Shown here piece by piece: positions 9,374 to 19,166 of a stretch of 64,000 nt of DNA. Both the position numbers and the translations under genes were made by a program. The stretch is taken from the NCBI GenBank assembly GCA_031267535.1, contig JAIRYS010000002.1, forward strand, positions 4,326 to 68,325, in the 5' to 3' direction. This stretch comes from Holosporales bacterium. GTDB lineage: Bacteria; Pseudomonadota; Alphaproteobacteria; UBA3830; JAIRWN01. The notes under the pieces were generated by a model. That model was not told where the DNA came from, ran no database searches, and saw only the letters and a program-made list of their open reading frames with translations. Within the stretch, counting starts at the first letter, position 1, and each line of letters begins with the position of its first letter.

Positions 9374-10735
9374 ATGCCGTCAATGGAAGAAATTGTTTCG
9401 CTTTGCAAAAGACGGGGGTTTGTCTTTCAAAGCTCTGATTTATACGGCGGCCTACAAGGCGTTTACGACTTCGGTCCTTTGGGCGTTGAGCTGAAAAATA
9501 ACCTCAAGCAAGCTTGGTGGCGGGCTATGGTCTATATGCGCGACGATATTGAGGGCTTGGATTCTTCAGTTCTCACGCACCGTACGGTCTTAAAGCATTC
9601 TGGTCACGAGAGTACTTTCACCGACCCTATGGTCGATTGTAAGAATTGTAAATGCAGAATGCGCGCTGACCATCTGGTTGACGGCAAGTGTGATAGTTGC
9701 GGTTCAAAAAACCTCACCGAACCGAGAAATTTTAATCTTATGTTTAAAGCGAACTTTGGGCCTGTCGAAGATGGATCCAGCTATGTCTATCTGCGGCCGG
9801 AGACTGCGCAAGGCATATTTGTAAACTTTGGAAACGTGTTGGATTCCACGTCAAGGAAAATACCTTTTGGTATCGCCCAAATCGGCAAATCGTTTCGCAA
9901 TGAAGTAACTACCAAGAATTTCATATTTAGGGTTCGCGAGTTTGAGCAGATGGAGCTTGAGTTTTTTGTAAAGCCAGGCACAGATGAACAGTGGCATAAG
10001 TTTTGGGTGCAAGAAAGATTTAACTGGTGGTTGAGCCAAGGACTCAGCGCTGATAACCTGCAGCTTCAACCTCAGGGTAAGGCCGATCTGTCGCATTATT
10101 CCAAGGCTACTACCGATATACTGTACAAATTCCCCCATGGATTCGAGGAAATTGAAGGAATTGCGAACAGGACAGATTTTGACCTCGGGTCTCACTCTAA
10201 GAATCAATCTGAACTCAATTTACTTGCAAAAGTGCTCGAAAATAAGGACTCTAGCGCAAAGTTTTTGGCGCAAGACGGCGACTCCTCCTATGTTCCATTC
10301 GCGATAGAGCCGTCAGCCGGGCTTGACCGTGGGGTTTTGGCAATCTTAACCGAAGCATATAAGAAAGAGAGGTTGGAGAATGGACAGGAACGAATAGCGC
10401 TTAAGCTGAAGCCAAGTCTTGCTCCGTTTAAGGCCGCGGTTGTACCTTTGGCTCGCAACAATGATAAAATTGTTTCCAAAGCAAAAGATATCACGGAAGA
10501 ATTGCGTAAGACGTTAATTGGCCGCGTTAAGTACGAAGATACCGGAAATATAGGCAAAGCCTACAGACGTCATGACGAAATTGGCACTCCCGTTTGCATA
10601 ACAGTTGATTTTGATACATTTGAAGGCAGCCAAGAAACGGTAACAGTCAGAGACCGAGACTCTATGGAACAGCGTAGAATTCCTGTATCAGATCTAAAGA
10701 ACTATGTCGTATCTGTTGTATCCTCTGCAGTTTAA
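9374..10735 (+). CDS. glyQS: Glycyl-tRNA synthetase, single-chain alpha2 (GlyQS) type
   Basis: [38 protein letters not shown]-terminus, plus [15 protein letters not shown] and SAGLDRG. ATG 9374; the track starts at TTG 9365. Confidence 0.9.
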   Translation: MPSMEEIVSLCKRRGFVFQSSDLYGGLQGVYDFGPLGVELKNNLKQAWWRAMVYMRDDIEGLDSSVLTHRTVLKHSGHESTFTDPMVDCKNCKCRMRADHLVDGKCDSCGSKNLTEPRNFNLMFKANFGPVEDGSSYVYLRPETAQGIFVNFGNVLDSTSRKIPFGIAQIGKSFRNEVTTKNFIFRVREFEQMELEFFVKPGTDEQWHKFWVQERFNWWLSQGLSADNLQLQPQGKADLSHYSKATTDILYKFPHGFEEIEGIANRTDFDLGSHSKNQSELNLLAKVLENKDSSAKFLAQDGDSSYVPFAIEPSAGLDRGVLAILTEAYKKERLENGQERIALKLKPSLAPFKAAVVPLARNNDKIVSKAKDITEELRKTLIGRVKYEDTGNIGKAYRRHDEIGTPVCITVDFDTFEGSQETVTVRDRDSMEQRRIPVSDLKNYVVSVVSSAV

Positions 10736-11200
10736 TTTGAGAAAATGGGAAGTGGATATACCCTGAACGCGCTAAGGAAAAGTAGGCCTCTTTACTTGGC
10801 TTCAAGTGTTCGTTTAACAGACGTTCAATTATTTGGGTGATTGCTTACGTAGGTGTTATCTGTATTCGTCTAATTTGATGTTCATTGAGATTCAAATGAA
10901 TTGATATGATATCATTATGATATTACCAATCAGTATTGAGGCTTATATGTTCAGGAAACCGCCGTTTCATATGACTTCGATCATTATCGATTGTGCTTAG
11001 AAAATTTGCATAATTTTGGGGCGGCTAGAGCATTATAATTTCAAAGTACACAGCGATATTCATCTAAGGAAGACCACAGGCGTCTGACAAAAACTGATTT
11101 GCATTTCCTAAATCCCTTCATACTTTACTTTATTATTGTCATAACCTTTGGTTAACTTAAATTAATCGTTCGATCTAGGCAGCTTAGATTTGTACCAAGA

Positions 11201-11971
11201 TCACATGCCTTCCAGCAGTTTATCTATGCCGGTTTTACGCTTTGGCGCTTGGGATACGCGGACTGAGTTAAAACCTTTAATGTTCGCATTTGAAACCACG
11301 GGATTCGGCTGTTTGCCGCTGTTGTAAACAACAATTTTACTTCTCCGCTCGTTCAGTAAAGGAATATAGGAAATTCTTCGAGGCAACTGACCGTATCCAC
11401 CGCTGGTTTTATGCCCCAAATAGTATGGATAGGGCTTGCGACGCCTGAGCAGAGCGGCTATGCGACTTTCTTCTGGTAGACATTTTACTTGAACACGGAA
11501 AACCCCTTTATTGTACCCCCTTAAGGCTTTGGCAACCCCTAAAGAGACGTCAATAATACGGCCTTTGGGCTTGAAAAATGGCCCCCTGTCATTCACCAGA
11601 ACTTTAAGGCTTCGCCCATTTTCTAAATTAGTAATCCTTACAACACAGGGCAGCGGCAATGTCTTATGCGCAGCGCTAAGTCTTCTGCAGTCGAACTTCA
11701 TTCCGCTTGCTGTTAAGTTGCCGTGCGCCTCGTGCCCATACCAAGATGCATATCCAACAGCGTTATATCTGTAGTGCATTTGTGGACGATATATGATTCC
11801 TCTGTTGATATAAGGCCGCTCGCTTCCCGCGTGCCAGGGGCCTTTCTTTGGGATTCTAAATGATCTGTACGATGAACATGAGGTAAGGATTAGAGCAAGA
11901 AAAATCGCTGACAAAAACAAACAGATATTAGACGTTCGTATTGATATCATTTTTCGTAAATACAAACACAT
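11201..11971 (-). CDS. rlpA: Septal ring lytic transglycosylase RlpA-family lipoprotein
   Basis: DPBB motifs GYASWYGHEAHGNLTASG...VLVNDRGPF. Lipoprotein signal ...LALILTSC. The start may instead be the ATG at 11950. Confidence 0.85.
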   Translation of the reverse strand: MCLYLRKMISIRTSNICLFLSAIFLALILTSCSSYRSFRIPKKGPWHAGSERPYINRGIIYRPQMHYRYNAVGYASWYGHEAHGNLTASGMKFDCRRLSAAHKTLPLPCVVRITNLENGRSLKVLVNDRGPFFKPKGRIIDVSLGVAKALRGYNKGVFRVQVKCLPEESRIAALLRRRKPYPYYLGHKTSGGYGQLPRRISYIPLLNERRSKIVVYNSGKQPNPVVSNANIKGFNSVRVSQAPKRKTGIDKLLEGM

Positions 11972-12015
11972 TATCCATGCTTAATCAAGCAAATTAATGT
12001 GCCAAATAGGCAAAG

Positions 12016-12324
12016 CTACTGCTGATTGCCAGCAATCAATTCAAGATCTTCTTTTGTGTAGTCCAGCTCGTAATTTTTCGCTGCATCAAAAACAGTTAGT
12101 ATGTTGTCAAAAATTGAACAATACCCGTCAGATACTGGAATCGTCTCGACTTCATTGCCATTTTTGACGACTACGTTGCCAGCGGTAATTTGAGCAAAAT
12201 AAGGCGCATGCTTTGCCAAAATACCAACTTGCCCCTCTGTTGTGGGCAGCAAAACCACAGAGGCCTCTCCCTCAAACACAGGCGCTTTATCACAGAAAAC
12301 CTGCACCGTAAAACTTTCGCTCAT
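12016..12324 (-). CDS. atpC: F1 ATP synthase epsilon subunit (short form)
   Basis: 102 aa. The pattern LLPTTEGQVGILAKHAPYFAQITAGNVVV matches the epsilon beta-sandwich. No atpD lies upstream. Confidence 0.8.
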   Translation of the reverse strand: MSESFTVQVFCDKAPVFEGEASVVLLPTTEGQVGILAKHAPYFAQITAGNVVVKNGNEVETIPVSDGYCSIFDNILTVFDAAKNYELDYTKEDLELIAGNQQ

Positions 12325-12415
12325 ATGCGCTGCTTGCTAGGTAATTGGGCTGATTATAAACTTTGATACACGTCTTATAAAGTGAAATTTGGCGCCTGTT
12401 CTTTTAAATCGCAAC

Positions 12416-13087
12416 TTAGAAATCCAAATCGCAGTAGTATGATGGAGGTGGAACAGCCGGCACATGATCATCCAAAATGGGCCTGAAGCTTGGCCGTGAT
12501 TTGACTTTTGCGTACCACTCCTTCACAACCGGATGCTTTGACCAGGATATTGCGCTTATGTAGTCCAAACAAGATATATGCCCAGCCGCTACCAGATCCG
12601 CAAGCGACAATTCTGTTCCTGCAAGGTAATTTCTGCCCTCTAACAAGCTTGTGATGTAGGCAAAATGCCGGTCCATGTTAGCATTGGCCCTTCTGATTAC
12701 TGATGAATCCGGGACGCCTTCATGCAGGTTGCGCTTCATAACCTTTTCGTAAAGCATCATATAAGAGACTTCGCTGTGGAACGTCTGATTGAACCAATCG
12801 CTTAGTCTGCGCACTTCAAGCATTTGCTGAAAATCTTGACCAATCAGCTTAGTTCCTGAATCATATTTCCGATTAAGATAATCAGCGATTGCACCATTCC
12901 CTGCAATAATTTCGCCATTTACGTCAACCAGAAGCGGAACCTGCCCGCTAGGATGTACGCCGATGAATTCCGGCCTGCGCTCCCAATATCTTTCGACAAT
13001 CAGGGCGCACTCAAGCATCTTTTCGCCTAGCACAAGCCGTACAGTTCTGCAAAAAGGACATAACCAATAATGATAAAGCGAACGCAT
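12416..13087 (-). CDS. Glutathione S-transferase / Grx2-like protein
   Basis: 223 aa. N-terminal thioredoxin-like fold with a CPFC motif and a C-terminal GST helical region (SLADLVAAGHISCLDY). Confidence 0.8.
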   Translation of the reverse strand: MRSLYHYWLCPFCRTVRLVLGEKMLECALIVERYWERRPEFIGVHPSGQVPLLVDVNGEIIAGNGAIADYLNRKYDSGTKLIGQDFQQMLEVRRLSDWFNQTFHSEVSYMMLYEKVMKRNLHEGVPDSSVIRRANANMDRHFAYITSLLEGRNYLAGTELSLADLVAAGHISCLDYISAISWSKHPVVKEWYAKVKSRPSFRPILDDHVPAVPPPSYYCDLDF

Positions 13088-13161
13088 TTCACATATATCG
13101 TACCTACTTAAGAATAAAGCAATGATATGCTAAAAGTATAATATTTGATTAAGCGTTTCAG

Positions 13162-13962
13162 ATGGATATATTACAAGCCATAATAACCGGCGCGATTCAA
13201 GGCATAACCGAATTCGTTCCAGTCAGTTCTTCGGCACACTTGGCAGGGTTGCCGTTGATTATGAAATGGTCAGATCCCGGCCATGCGGCAGATGTGTTTT
13301 TGCATTTTGGTTCGTTATTTGCTGTGTTTGTAGTGTTTTGGAAGGAGGTTGCGCTTATCTTAAAAGGCGCCCTGCACATCGTTACTCGTCAAGCCAGCGA
13401 CCAAAGAACGTATGCGCTGTCGCTGTTAGTAGCCAGCATCCCCACTATTGTGGTATTTGGCATTATCGAAATTTTCTTCCCGCTTAGAATAAATTCGCTG
13501 CTGTTTATTGCTTCAAACTCCATACTTTTTGGCGCGCTGCTTTGGTTGGCGGATCGCCAACCAATAAAACAACCAACGGATAAGCAAGTATCCTGTAAAG
13601 ACGCGCTTATAGTTGGATTTTTTCAAACATTCTCAATTATCCCAGGCGCAAGCAGGTTGGGGACATGCCTGACAGGTATGCGCATATTGGGCTATGACAG
13701 AATTACTTCTTTCAGATTCTCTGTTTTAATGTCGATTATTCCTGTTGCCGGGGCAGTTTTTATTAAAACCTTAAAGGTTTTATTTTCTTTTGTATATCTG
13801 TCTTTAGACGAAATGATGTTGTCGTGCTTAGTGGCGTTTGTCCTTGGTATGTTAACTTTAAAAATTGTGCTGGCATGGCTTAAAAACGGGTCATTTTTGC
13901 CGTTTGTCTTGTATAGGATATGCCTTGGGACAGCGCTTATCGGTTTTTGTCTGCTAGCATGA
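13162..13962 (+). CDS. uppP: Undecaprenyl-diphosphate phosphatase
   Basis: 266 aa, polytopic. Signature GITEFVPVSSSAHL. Confidence 0.9.
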   Translation: MDILQAIITGAIQGITEFVPVSSSAHLAGLPLIMKWSDPGHAADVFLHFGSLFAVFVVFWKEVALILKGALHIVTRQASDQRTYALSLLVASIPTIVVFGIIEIFFPLRINSLLFIASNSILFGALLWLADRQPIKQPTDKQVSCKDALIVGFFQTFSIIPGASRLGTCLTGMRILGYDRITSFRFSVLMSIIPVAGAVFIKTLKVLFSFVYLSLDEMMLSCLVAFVLGMLTLKIVLAWLKNGSFLPFVLYRICLGTALIGFCLLA

Positions 13963-14831
13963 AAAAAGTCAAGAAAGCAATATTCCCCGTCGGGGGCATG
14001 GGAACCAGGTTTCTGCCAGCGACTAAGGCTATGCCAAAAGAAATGCTGCCGGTTATTGACAAACCGCTTATCCAGTACGCTGTCGAAGAAGCGCTCGACG
14101 CTGGGATAGAGGAGCTTATATTTATAACTGGTCGAGGAAAAACCGCCATAGAAGACCATTTTGACTATAGCGTTGAGCTTGAGTCAATGCTGGCAGCCAG
14201 AGGGAACGCTCGGTTTATAGATGAGATCAACAAGCTTATCTTACCTGTCGGACGAGTATATTACGTAAGGCAGCAAAAACCGCTGGGGCTTGGACACGCT
14301 GTATGGTGTGCGCGAAATTTGATTGGCGACGAGCCGTTTGCCGTAATCCTAGCAGATGATCTTATCTTCGGCCAGAATTGCCTTAAAGAATTAATCTCAG
14401 CTTGCGATAATGGCAATGTAGTAGCTGTAATGCGCGTAGACCCTGAACAAGTCGACAAGTACGGCATATTAGATATAGACGCCTGCTCAAGCAACATCGT
14501 CAAAGCCAAAGGCGTAGTCGAAAAACCTAAGGTAGGGACAGCCCCGTCTAATGTTGCGGTAATTGGGCGTTATGTGCTTTATCCAGAGGTATTTCGTCAC
14601 TTGGAAAACGTAAACACGGGTATCAACGGCGAAATCCAACTAACGGACGCTATAAATTCTATGACGCCGACTACAAGCCTGCACGGCGTTTTCTTTTCCG
14701 GCACGCGCTTTGATTGTGGGACCAAGGAAGGGATGGTACAGTCCACCATATACGGCGCGCTCAACAGGAAAGAGCTGGCGGACAGTACGCTTAGCTATAT
14801 GGAAAGTGTCATGAAAACGGAGACAAAATGA
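13959..14831 (+). CDS. galU: UTP-glucose-1-phosphate uridylyltransferase
   Basis: MKKVKKAIFPVGGMGTRFLPATKAMPKEMLPV. The ATG overlaps the uppP TGA (ATGA). The track ORF starts earlier, at 13920. Confidence 0.92.
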   Translation: MKKVKKAIFPVGGMGTRFLPATKAMPKEMLPVIDKPLIQYAVEEALDAGIEELIFITGRGKTAIEDHFDYSVELESMLAARGNARFIDEINKLILPVGRVYYVRQQKPLGLGHAVWCARNLIGDEPFAVILADDLIFGQNCLKELISACDNGNVVAVMRVDPEQVDKYGILDIDACSSNIVKAKGVVEKPKVGTAPSNVAVIGRYVLYPEVFRHLENVNTGINGEIQLTDAINSMTPTTSLHGVFFSGTRFDCGTKEGMVQSTIYGALNRKELADSTLSYMESVMKTETK

Positions 14832-16135
14832 AGGTTACAATGGTTGGTACGGGCTACGTTGGCCTAGTTACCGGAACGTGCTTATCGTCTTTCGGGTTTG
14901 AGGTTATCTGCGTTGATAATAATAAGGCTAAAATTGAGGGGCTGGAAAAAGGGATAATTCCTATTTATGAGCCAGGGTTAGATACGCTGGTCGACTCAAA
15001 CCTTAAACAGGGACGCTTGAGCTTTACAACGGACCTAATCGGCGCAGTAAAGCAATCTGAAGTGGTGTTCTTGGCAGTAGGCACTCCAAGCAAGCAAAAC
15101 AGCGAAGAAGCTGATTTAACGTTTTTGTTTAACGCTGCAGAGGAAGTTGCTAAAGCTATAAATCACTATACCGTTATTGTGATAAAATCGACTGTGCCGG
15201 TTGGAACATGCCGCAGGATTAAAGATTTTATCAAAAAGACCAACCCTCAAGCTGATTTCGATGTAACTTCAAATCCAGAATTTTTGCGTGAAGGGTCGGC
15301 AATCGAAGACTTTATGCGCCCTGATCGCGTTGTTGTGGGCGCGGAAAGCGAGCGCTCGCGCCAAGTGATGGACGGCCTTTATAAACCTTTGTCCCTTTTG
15401 GAAACGCCCGTCGTTTTCACAACGCTTGAGACGTCTGAGCTGTCTAAATATGCGTCAAATGCCTTTTTGGCCACTAAAATCTGCTTCATCAATCAATTGG
15501 CCGATTTGTCCGAAAAATGTGGAGCAAACGTCCAGCATATATCAAAGATTATGGGGCTTGACCATCGTATTGGCAAAGAATGCTTACACGTAGGTCCGGG
15601 ATATGGCGGATCTTGTTTTCCAAAAGATACCATGGCGCTTAGCTTTTTTGCAAAAAAATTTGGCACGTCCGTAAGCATTGTTGACGCCGTGATTACGGCA
15701 AATAAAGACCGAAAGTTGCAAATGGCCAAAAAGGTGATCAGCGCCTGTGGCGGCAGCGTAAAAAACAAAAAAATTGCAATTTTAGGGGTTACGTTCAAGC
15801 CGGAAACTGATGACATAAGAGACGCGCCAAGTTTGGTGATAATTCCGGAACTTCAACGTGCTGGAGCATCTATACACGCTAATGATCCGGCTAGCCATGA
15901 GGCAGAGAAAGTTTTTAGCAACGTCACCTGGCGCCCATGTCCTTATGAAGCATGTGCTGGCGCGGACGCCGTCGTAATAATGATCGAGTGGAATCAATTC
16001 AGAAGCCTTGATTTTGCTAAGCTAAAGCAAATTATGAAAACACCTATAATGATTGACCTGAAAAACATATATTCTGTACATGAAGTCGAATCGGCTGGTT
16101 TTTTCTATGAAAGCATTGGTCGAGGCAAGGTATAA
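14828..16135 (+). CDS. ugd: UDP-glucose 6-dehydrogenase
   Basis: VTMVGTGYVGLVTG Rossmann motif and GGSCFPKD catalytic Cys motif. ATGA overlap with galU. Confidence 0.92.
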   Translation: MKVTMVGTGYVGLVTGTCLSSFGFEVICVDNNKAKIEGLEKGIIPIYEPGLDTLVDSNLKQGRLSFTTDLIGAVKQSEVVFLAVGTPSKQNSEEADLTFLFNAAEEVAKAINHYTVIVIKSTVPVGTCRRIKDFIKKTNPQADFDVTSNPEFLREGSAIEDFMRPDRVVVGAESERSRQVMDGLYKPLSLLETPVVFTTLETSELSKYASNAFLATKICFINQLADLSEKCGANVQHISKIMGLDHRIGKECLHVGPGYGGSCFPKDTMALSFFAKKFGTSVSIVDAVITANKDRKLQMAKKVISACGGSVKNKKIAILGVTFKPETDDIRDAPSLVIIPELQRAGASIHANDPASHEAEKVFSNVTWRPCPYEACAGADAVVIMIEWNQFRSLDFAKLKQIMKTPIMIDLKNIYSVHEVESAGFFYESIGRGKV

Positions 16136-16191
16136 GTTTCCCGGGCCGAACAATGTTTATACAAACATCTTGCCATATTATAAATAAAAAC

Positions 16192-16276
16192 TGGTGCGGT
16201 CGAGAAGACTCGAACTTCCACGAATTGCTTCACAGCGACCTCAACGCTGCGCGTCTACCAGTTCCGCCACGACCGC
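16192..16276 (-). tRNA. tRNA-Leu (anticodon GAG), CCA encoded
   Basis: Reverse complement: GCGGTCG-TG-GCG/GAACTGGTAGA/CGC-G-CAGCG/TTGAGGT/CGCTG, then a long variable arm (GAA-GCAA-TTC), then GGAAG/TTCGAGT/CTTCT-CGACCGC-ACCA. 85 nt, type II cloverleaf, folded by hand. Confidence 0.9.
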
Positions 16277-16397
16277 TTGACGACATTGGATAACAGAAAT
16301 ATCTGTAATCGACAATTGATTAATTCAGCTACAGATCAAGTTTCGTTTTGGCTTTGGCCAGAGTCTTGTATACTGCTGCAGGTCAGCCAATATAAAT

Positions 16398-17456
16398 ATG
16401 GGGAAAGGATTATATAACGTTGCAGTAATCGGTGCGACCGGGAATATCGGCTTAACAACACTAGATATACTGATTGAGCGTAGATTTCCTTGCGCCAATG
16501 TTACGGCCGTTGCCTCTGCCAGATCAGCCGGCGTTACGTTGCGCCTTTTAGATGGACGAGAAATTAAAGCTCAGCAAATTTCGCAGGTCGATTTCAATAG
16601 AGTGGATTTAGCGTTTTTTTGTGCAGGAAGCGCCGTATCGGCCGAATATGCCGCTCAAGTCGCGCAAAAGGGTTGCTTAGTTATCGACAAAACCTCATTC
16701 TTCAGAATGCGTGAAAACATCCCCTTAGTCGTGCCAGAAATAAACCTCGAAAGTATAAGCGACCACAAACAGCCATCAGGCGTCATTGCCTGCCCGAATT
16801 GCATTGCGATTCCACTGAGCATGACCTTGTCCGCCTTGATTAGGGGGGGATGCGGGATAAACAATGTTGTAGTATCGACCTATCAGTCAGTATCTGGCGC
16901 AGGAAGACAAGCGGTCGACGCCCTGAAATCGCGGACTTTAGCTGATTTAAAAGATGATTATATCTTGCCCGAAGGCTTAATTTCGCCTTTTCCCAGAGAG
17001 ATAGCCTTTAATGCGATACCCCAGATAGGAAATATATCTGCCTCAAACGCTTATGCAGATGAGGAAGACAAGATTATGCGAGAGGTTGCAAAGATCCTGG
17101 GACAAAGGAACCTGAATATATCGGTTACTTGCGTACGAGCGCCTACATTAGTCGGCCACGGCATATCGGTCTACGTTGAGTTGGACAAAACGGCCAGCCT
17201 GAAAGAGCTTGCGTCAACGCTTAGGCAATTCCCCAACATATCGTTCAGCGAAGGGGACGACTATGCCACCCCCGCCGAGGCGGCTGGTCGAGACGAGGTG
17301 TTTGTCGGGCGTTTAAGAAAAGCAGGCAGAGGATATTCTTTTTGGGTAGTTACTGATAATCTGCGCAAGGGCGCTGCGCTTAATGGAGTGCAGATAGCGG
17401 AGCAGCTGATAGCAATAGACCCCAGCTTAGATAGGTTTAAAGCAAATAAGACATGA
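16398..17456 (+). CDS. asd: Aspartate-semialdehyde dehydrogenase
   Basis: VIGATGNIG Rossmann motif and CPNCIAIP active-site Cys. ATGA overlap with kdsB. Confidence 0.92.
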   Translation: MGKGLYNVAVIGATGNIGLTTLDILIERRFPCANVTAVASARSAGVTLRLLDGREIKAQQISQVDFNRVDLAFFCAGSAVSAEYAAQVAQKGCLVIDKTSFFRMRENIPLVVPEINLESISDHKQPSGVIACPNCIAIPLSMTLSALIRGGCGINNVVVSTYQSVSGAGRQAVDALKSRTLADLKDDYILPEGLISPFPREIAFNAIPQIGNISASNAYADEEDKIMREVAKILGQRNLNISVTCVRAPTLVGHGISVYVELDKTASLKELASTLRQFPNISFSEGDDYATPAEAAGRDEVFVGRLRKAGRGYSFWVVTDNLRKGAALNGVQIAEQLIAIDPSLDRFKANKT

Positions 17457-18202
17457 AGGGCGATTCAACAATTATTGTAATTCCTGCACGACTGGCGTCT
17501 ACACGCTTGCCAAGGAAACCGCTGGCCGACATATGCGGTATACCAATGGTGGCGCGTGTCCTTATGCGGGCAAAAGAGGCGGATATAGCGGACGTTATTG
17601 TCGCTTGCTCTGAGCAAGAAGTCGCCGAAGTTGTAAGCGCTTATGGAGGGGCGCCAGTAATGACCAATCCTAATCTTTCTTCCGGCACGGACAGAGTATA
17701 TGCGGCTGTGGAATCTCTCGGCAAGTCGTACGGAATTGTCGTAAACCTGCAAGGGGACCTGCCAACTGTAGACAAAAGCGCCTTATCGTCTGTTGTTGAG
17801 CTGCTGAAGCAGACAGATGCAGATATGACTACGCCTGGGCTTATTATCGACAACGAAGATACAGATAGGTTTAATTCCCCGAACATAGTAAAAATAGCGG
17901 CGAGCATATCGCAAGGCCAAAAATCCGGCCGAGCGCTGTACTTCAGTCGTGCGCCGATTCCTTATGGAGATGGGCCGAAAATTCAGCACCTTGGGATATA
18001 TGCTTACAGAATCGATGCGCTAAAAAAATACACTTCTCTGCCGCAGACGTTTTTGGAGAAACGCGAGCGACTTGAGCAGCTTAGGGCTTTGGAAAACGGT
18101 ATGCAAATACAGGTCGCTATTGTGGACATGGCTCCAATTGAGGTGGATACTCGGCAGGATCTTGAGCAAGCGCGGGAATTCTATAAACACAATCAAGAAT
18201 AA
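17453..18202 (+). CDS. kdsB: 3-deoxy-manno-octulosonate cytidylyltransferase
   Basis: IVIPARLASTRLPRKPLADICGIPMV and NLQGDLP. Confidence 0.9.
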   Translation: MKGDSTIIVIPARLASTRLPRKPLADICGIPMVARVLMRAKEADIADVIVACSEQEVAEVVSAYGGAPVMTNPNLSSGTDRVYAAVESLGKSYGIVVNLQGDLPTVDKSALSSVVELLKQTDADMTTPGLIIDNEDTDRFNSPNIVKIAASISQGQKSGRALYFSRAPIPYGDGPKIQHLGIYAYRIDALKKYTSLPQTFLEKRERLEQLRALENGMQIQVAIVDMAPIEVDTRQDLEQAREFYKHNQE

Positions 18203-18203
18203 C

Positions 18204-19166
18204 ATGACCGACCTGGATATATTATCACAAGCAAAAAATGTTCTTAGGCAAGAGGCCGAGGGTATAATGCTGGCCGCTGAGAAGCTGGATGAAAATTTTT
18301 CTGCCGCTGTGAAGGCGATAATGAATACTGGCGGGCGGGTTGTCCTGACCGGTATGGGTAAACCTGGACATATCGCAAGCAAGATTGCGTCTACTTTAGC
18401 GTCAACTGGGACGCCGGCGCTGTTTGTGCATCCTGCCGAGGCAAGCCATGGCGATCTTGGCATGATCTGCCAGCAAGACACAATGGTTATGTTTTCGTTG
18501 TCGGGCGAAACCCTAGAGCTTATGAGTATGATAGAATACGTCTGCAGATTCGGGATAAAGCTTATCGCTATAACAGGCAACCAAGACAGCGCTTTGGCGA
18601 AATCGGCCGACATACTGCTTTTACTGCCAAAACTGTCGGAAGCGTGTCCAAACGGGCTTGCGCCAACGACTTCCACTACGGCTATGCTGGCTTTAGGGGA
18701 CGCGCTTGCTGTAGCCCTTATAAACTGTAGAAAATTTGATACTGAAAACTTTAAGTCGCTTCATCCTGGCGGAGCTTTGGGTAAGAAAATGCTGCAGATC
18801 AAAGACCTTATGGCAAAAGAAAATGCGCTGCCATTGGTTAAGAAAGAAACATTGATGAGTTCTGTTTTAATAGAGATGACGACCAAATCTTTCGGTTGCG
18901 TTGGAGTGACAGATGATAACGGTAAGCTTGTTGGGGTTATAACAGACGGAGACTTACGTCGCCATATGTCAGGCGATTTACTTAAGCTAAGCGCAGAGCA
19001 GGTCATGACCCAAGATCCAGTAACTCTGGATCAAAAAGTTATGGCGCTGAAAGCAGCAGACCTCATGAATACCAGAAAAATCACCGCTGTATTTGTGGTC
19101 AATGTATCGGGCAAGCCGATTGGTATTGTACATGTTCATACGCTGCTGGGGGCTGGGATTGTTTAG
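18204..19166 (+). CDS. kdsD: Arabinose-5-phosphate isomerase (SIS + 2 CBS domains)
   Basis: MTDLDIL... starts 1 nt after the kdsB stop. GRVVLTGMGKPGHIASKIASTLASTG. The longer track ORF (from 18072) overlaps kdsB and is rejected. Confidence 0.9.
   Translation: MTDLDILSQAKNVLRQEAEGIMLAAEKLDENFSAAVKAIMNTGGRVVLTGMGKPGHIASKIASTLASTGTPALFVHPAEASHGDLGMICQQDTMVMFSLSGETLELMSMIEYVCRFGIKLIAITGNQDSALAKSADILLLLPKLSEACPNGLAPTTSTTAMLALGDALAVALINCRKFDTENFKSLHPGGALGKKMLQIKDLMAKENALPLVKKETLMSSVLIEMTTKSFGCVGVTDDNGKLVGVITDGDLRRHMSGDLLKLSAEQVMTQDPVTLDQKVMALKAADLMNTRKITAVFVVNVSGKPIGIVHVHTLLGAGIV

Noticed and set aside
16152-16168. AATGTTT-ATAC-AAACATC hairpin between ugd and tRNA-Leu as a terminator
   Set aside because: The stem is only 6 bp and all A/T, with no clear U-tract. 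It is too weak to call.
18072-18203. N-terminal extension of the kdsD track ORF overlapping kdsB
   Set aside because: ATG 18204 (MTDLDIL...) starts 1 nt after the kdsB stop and gives a normal-length SIS+CBS protein. The extension has no homology-like features.
18020-18676. 218-aa minus-strand ORF, plus similar long antisense ORFs at 1225-1965, 13692-14159, 19991-20419, 26462-27115, 36269-36718, 40534-41085, 45752-46162, 47987-48409, 53914-54345, 57213-57617 and 58947-59342
   Set aside because: Each lies antisense to a gene with strong family motifs. Their translations are low-complexity (Ser/Leu/Arg/Pro-rich) with no recognisable motifs. These are typical shadow ORFs.
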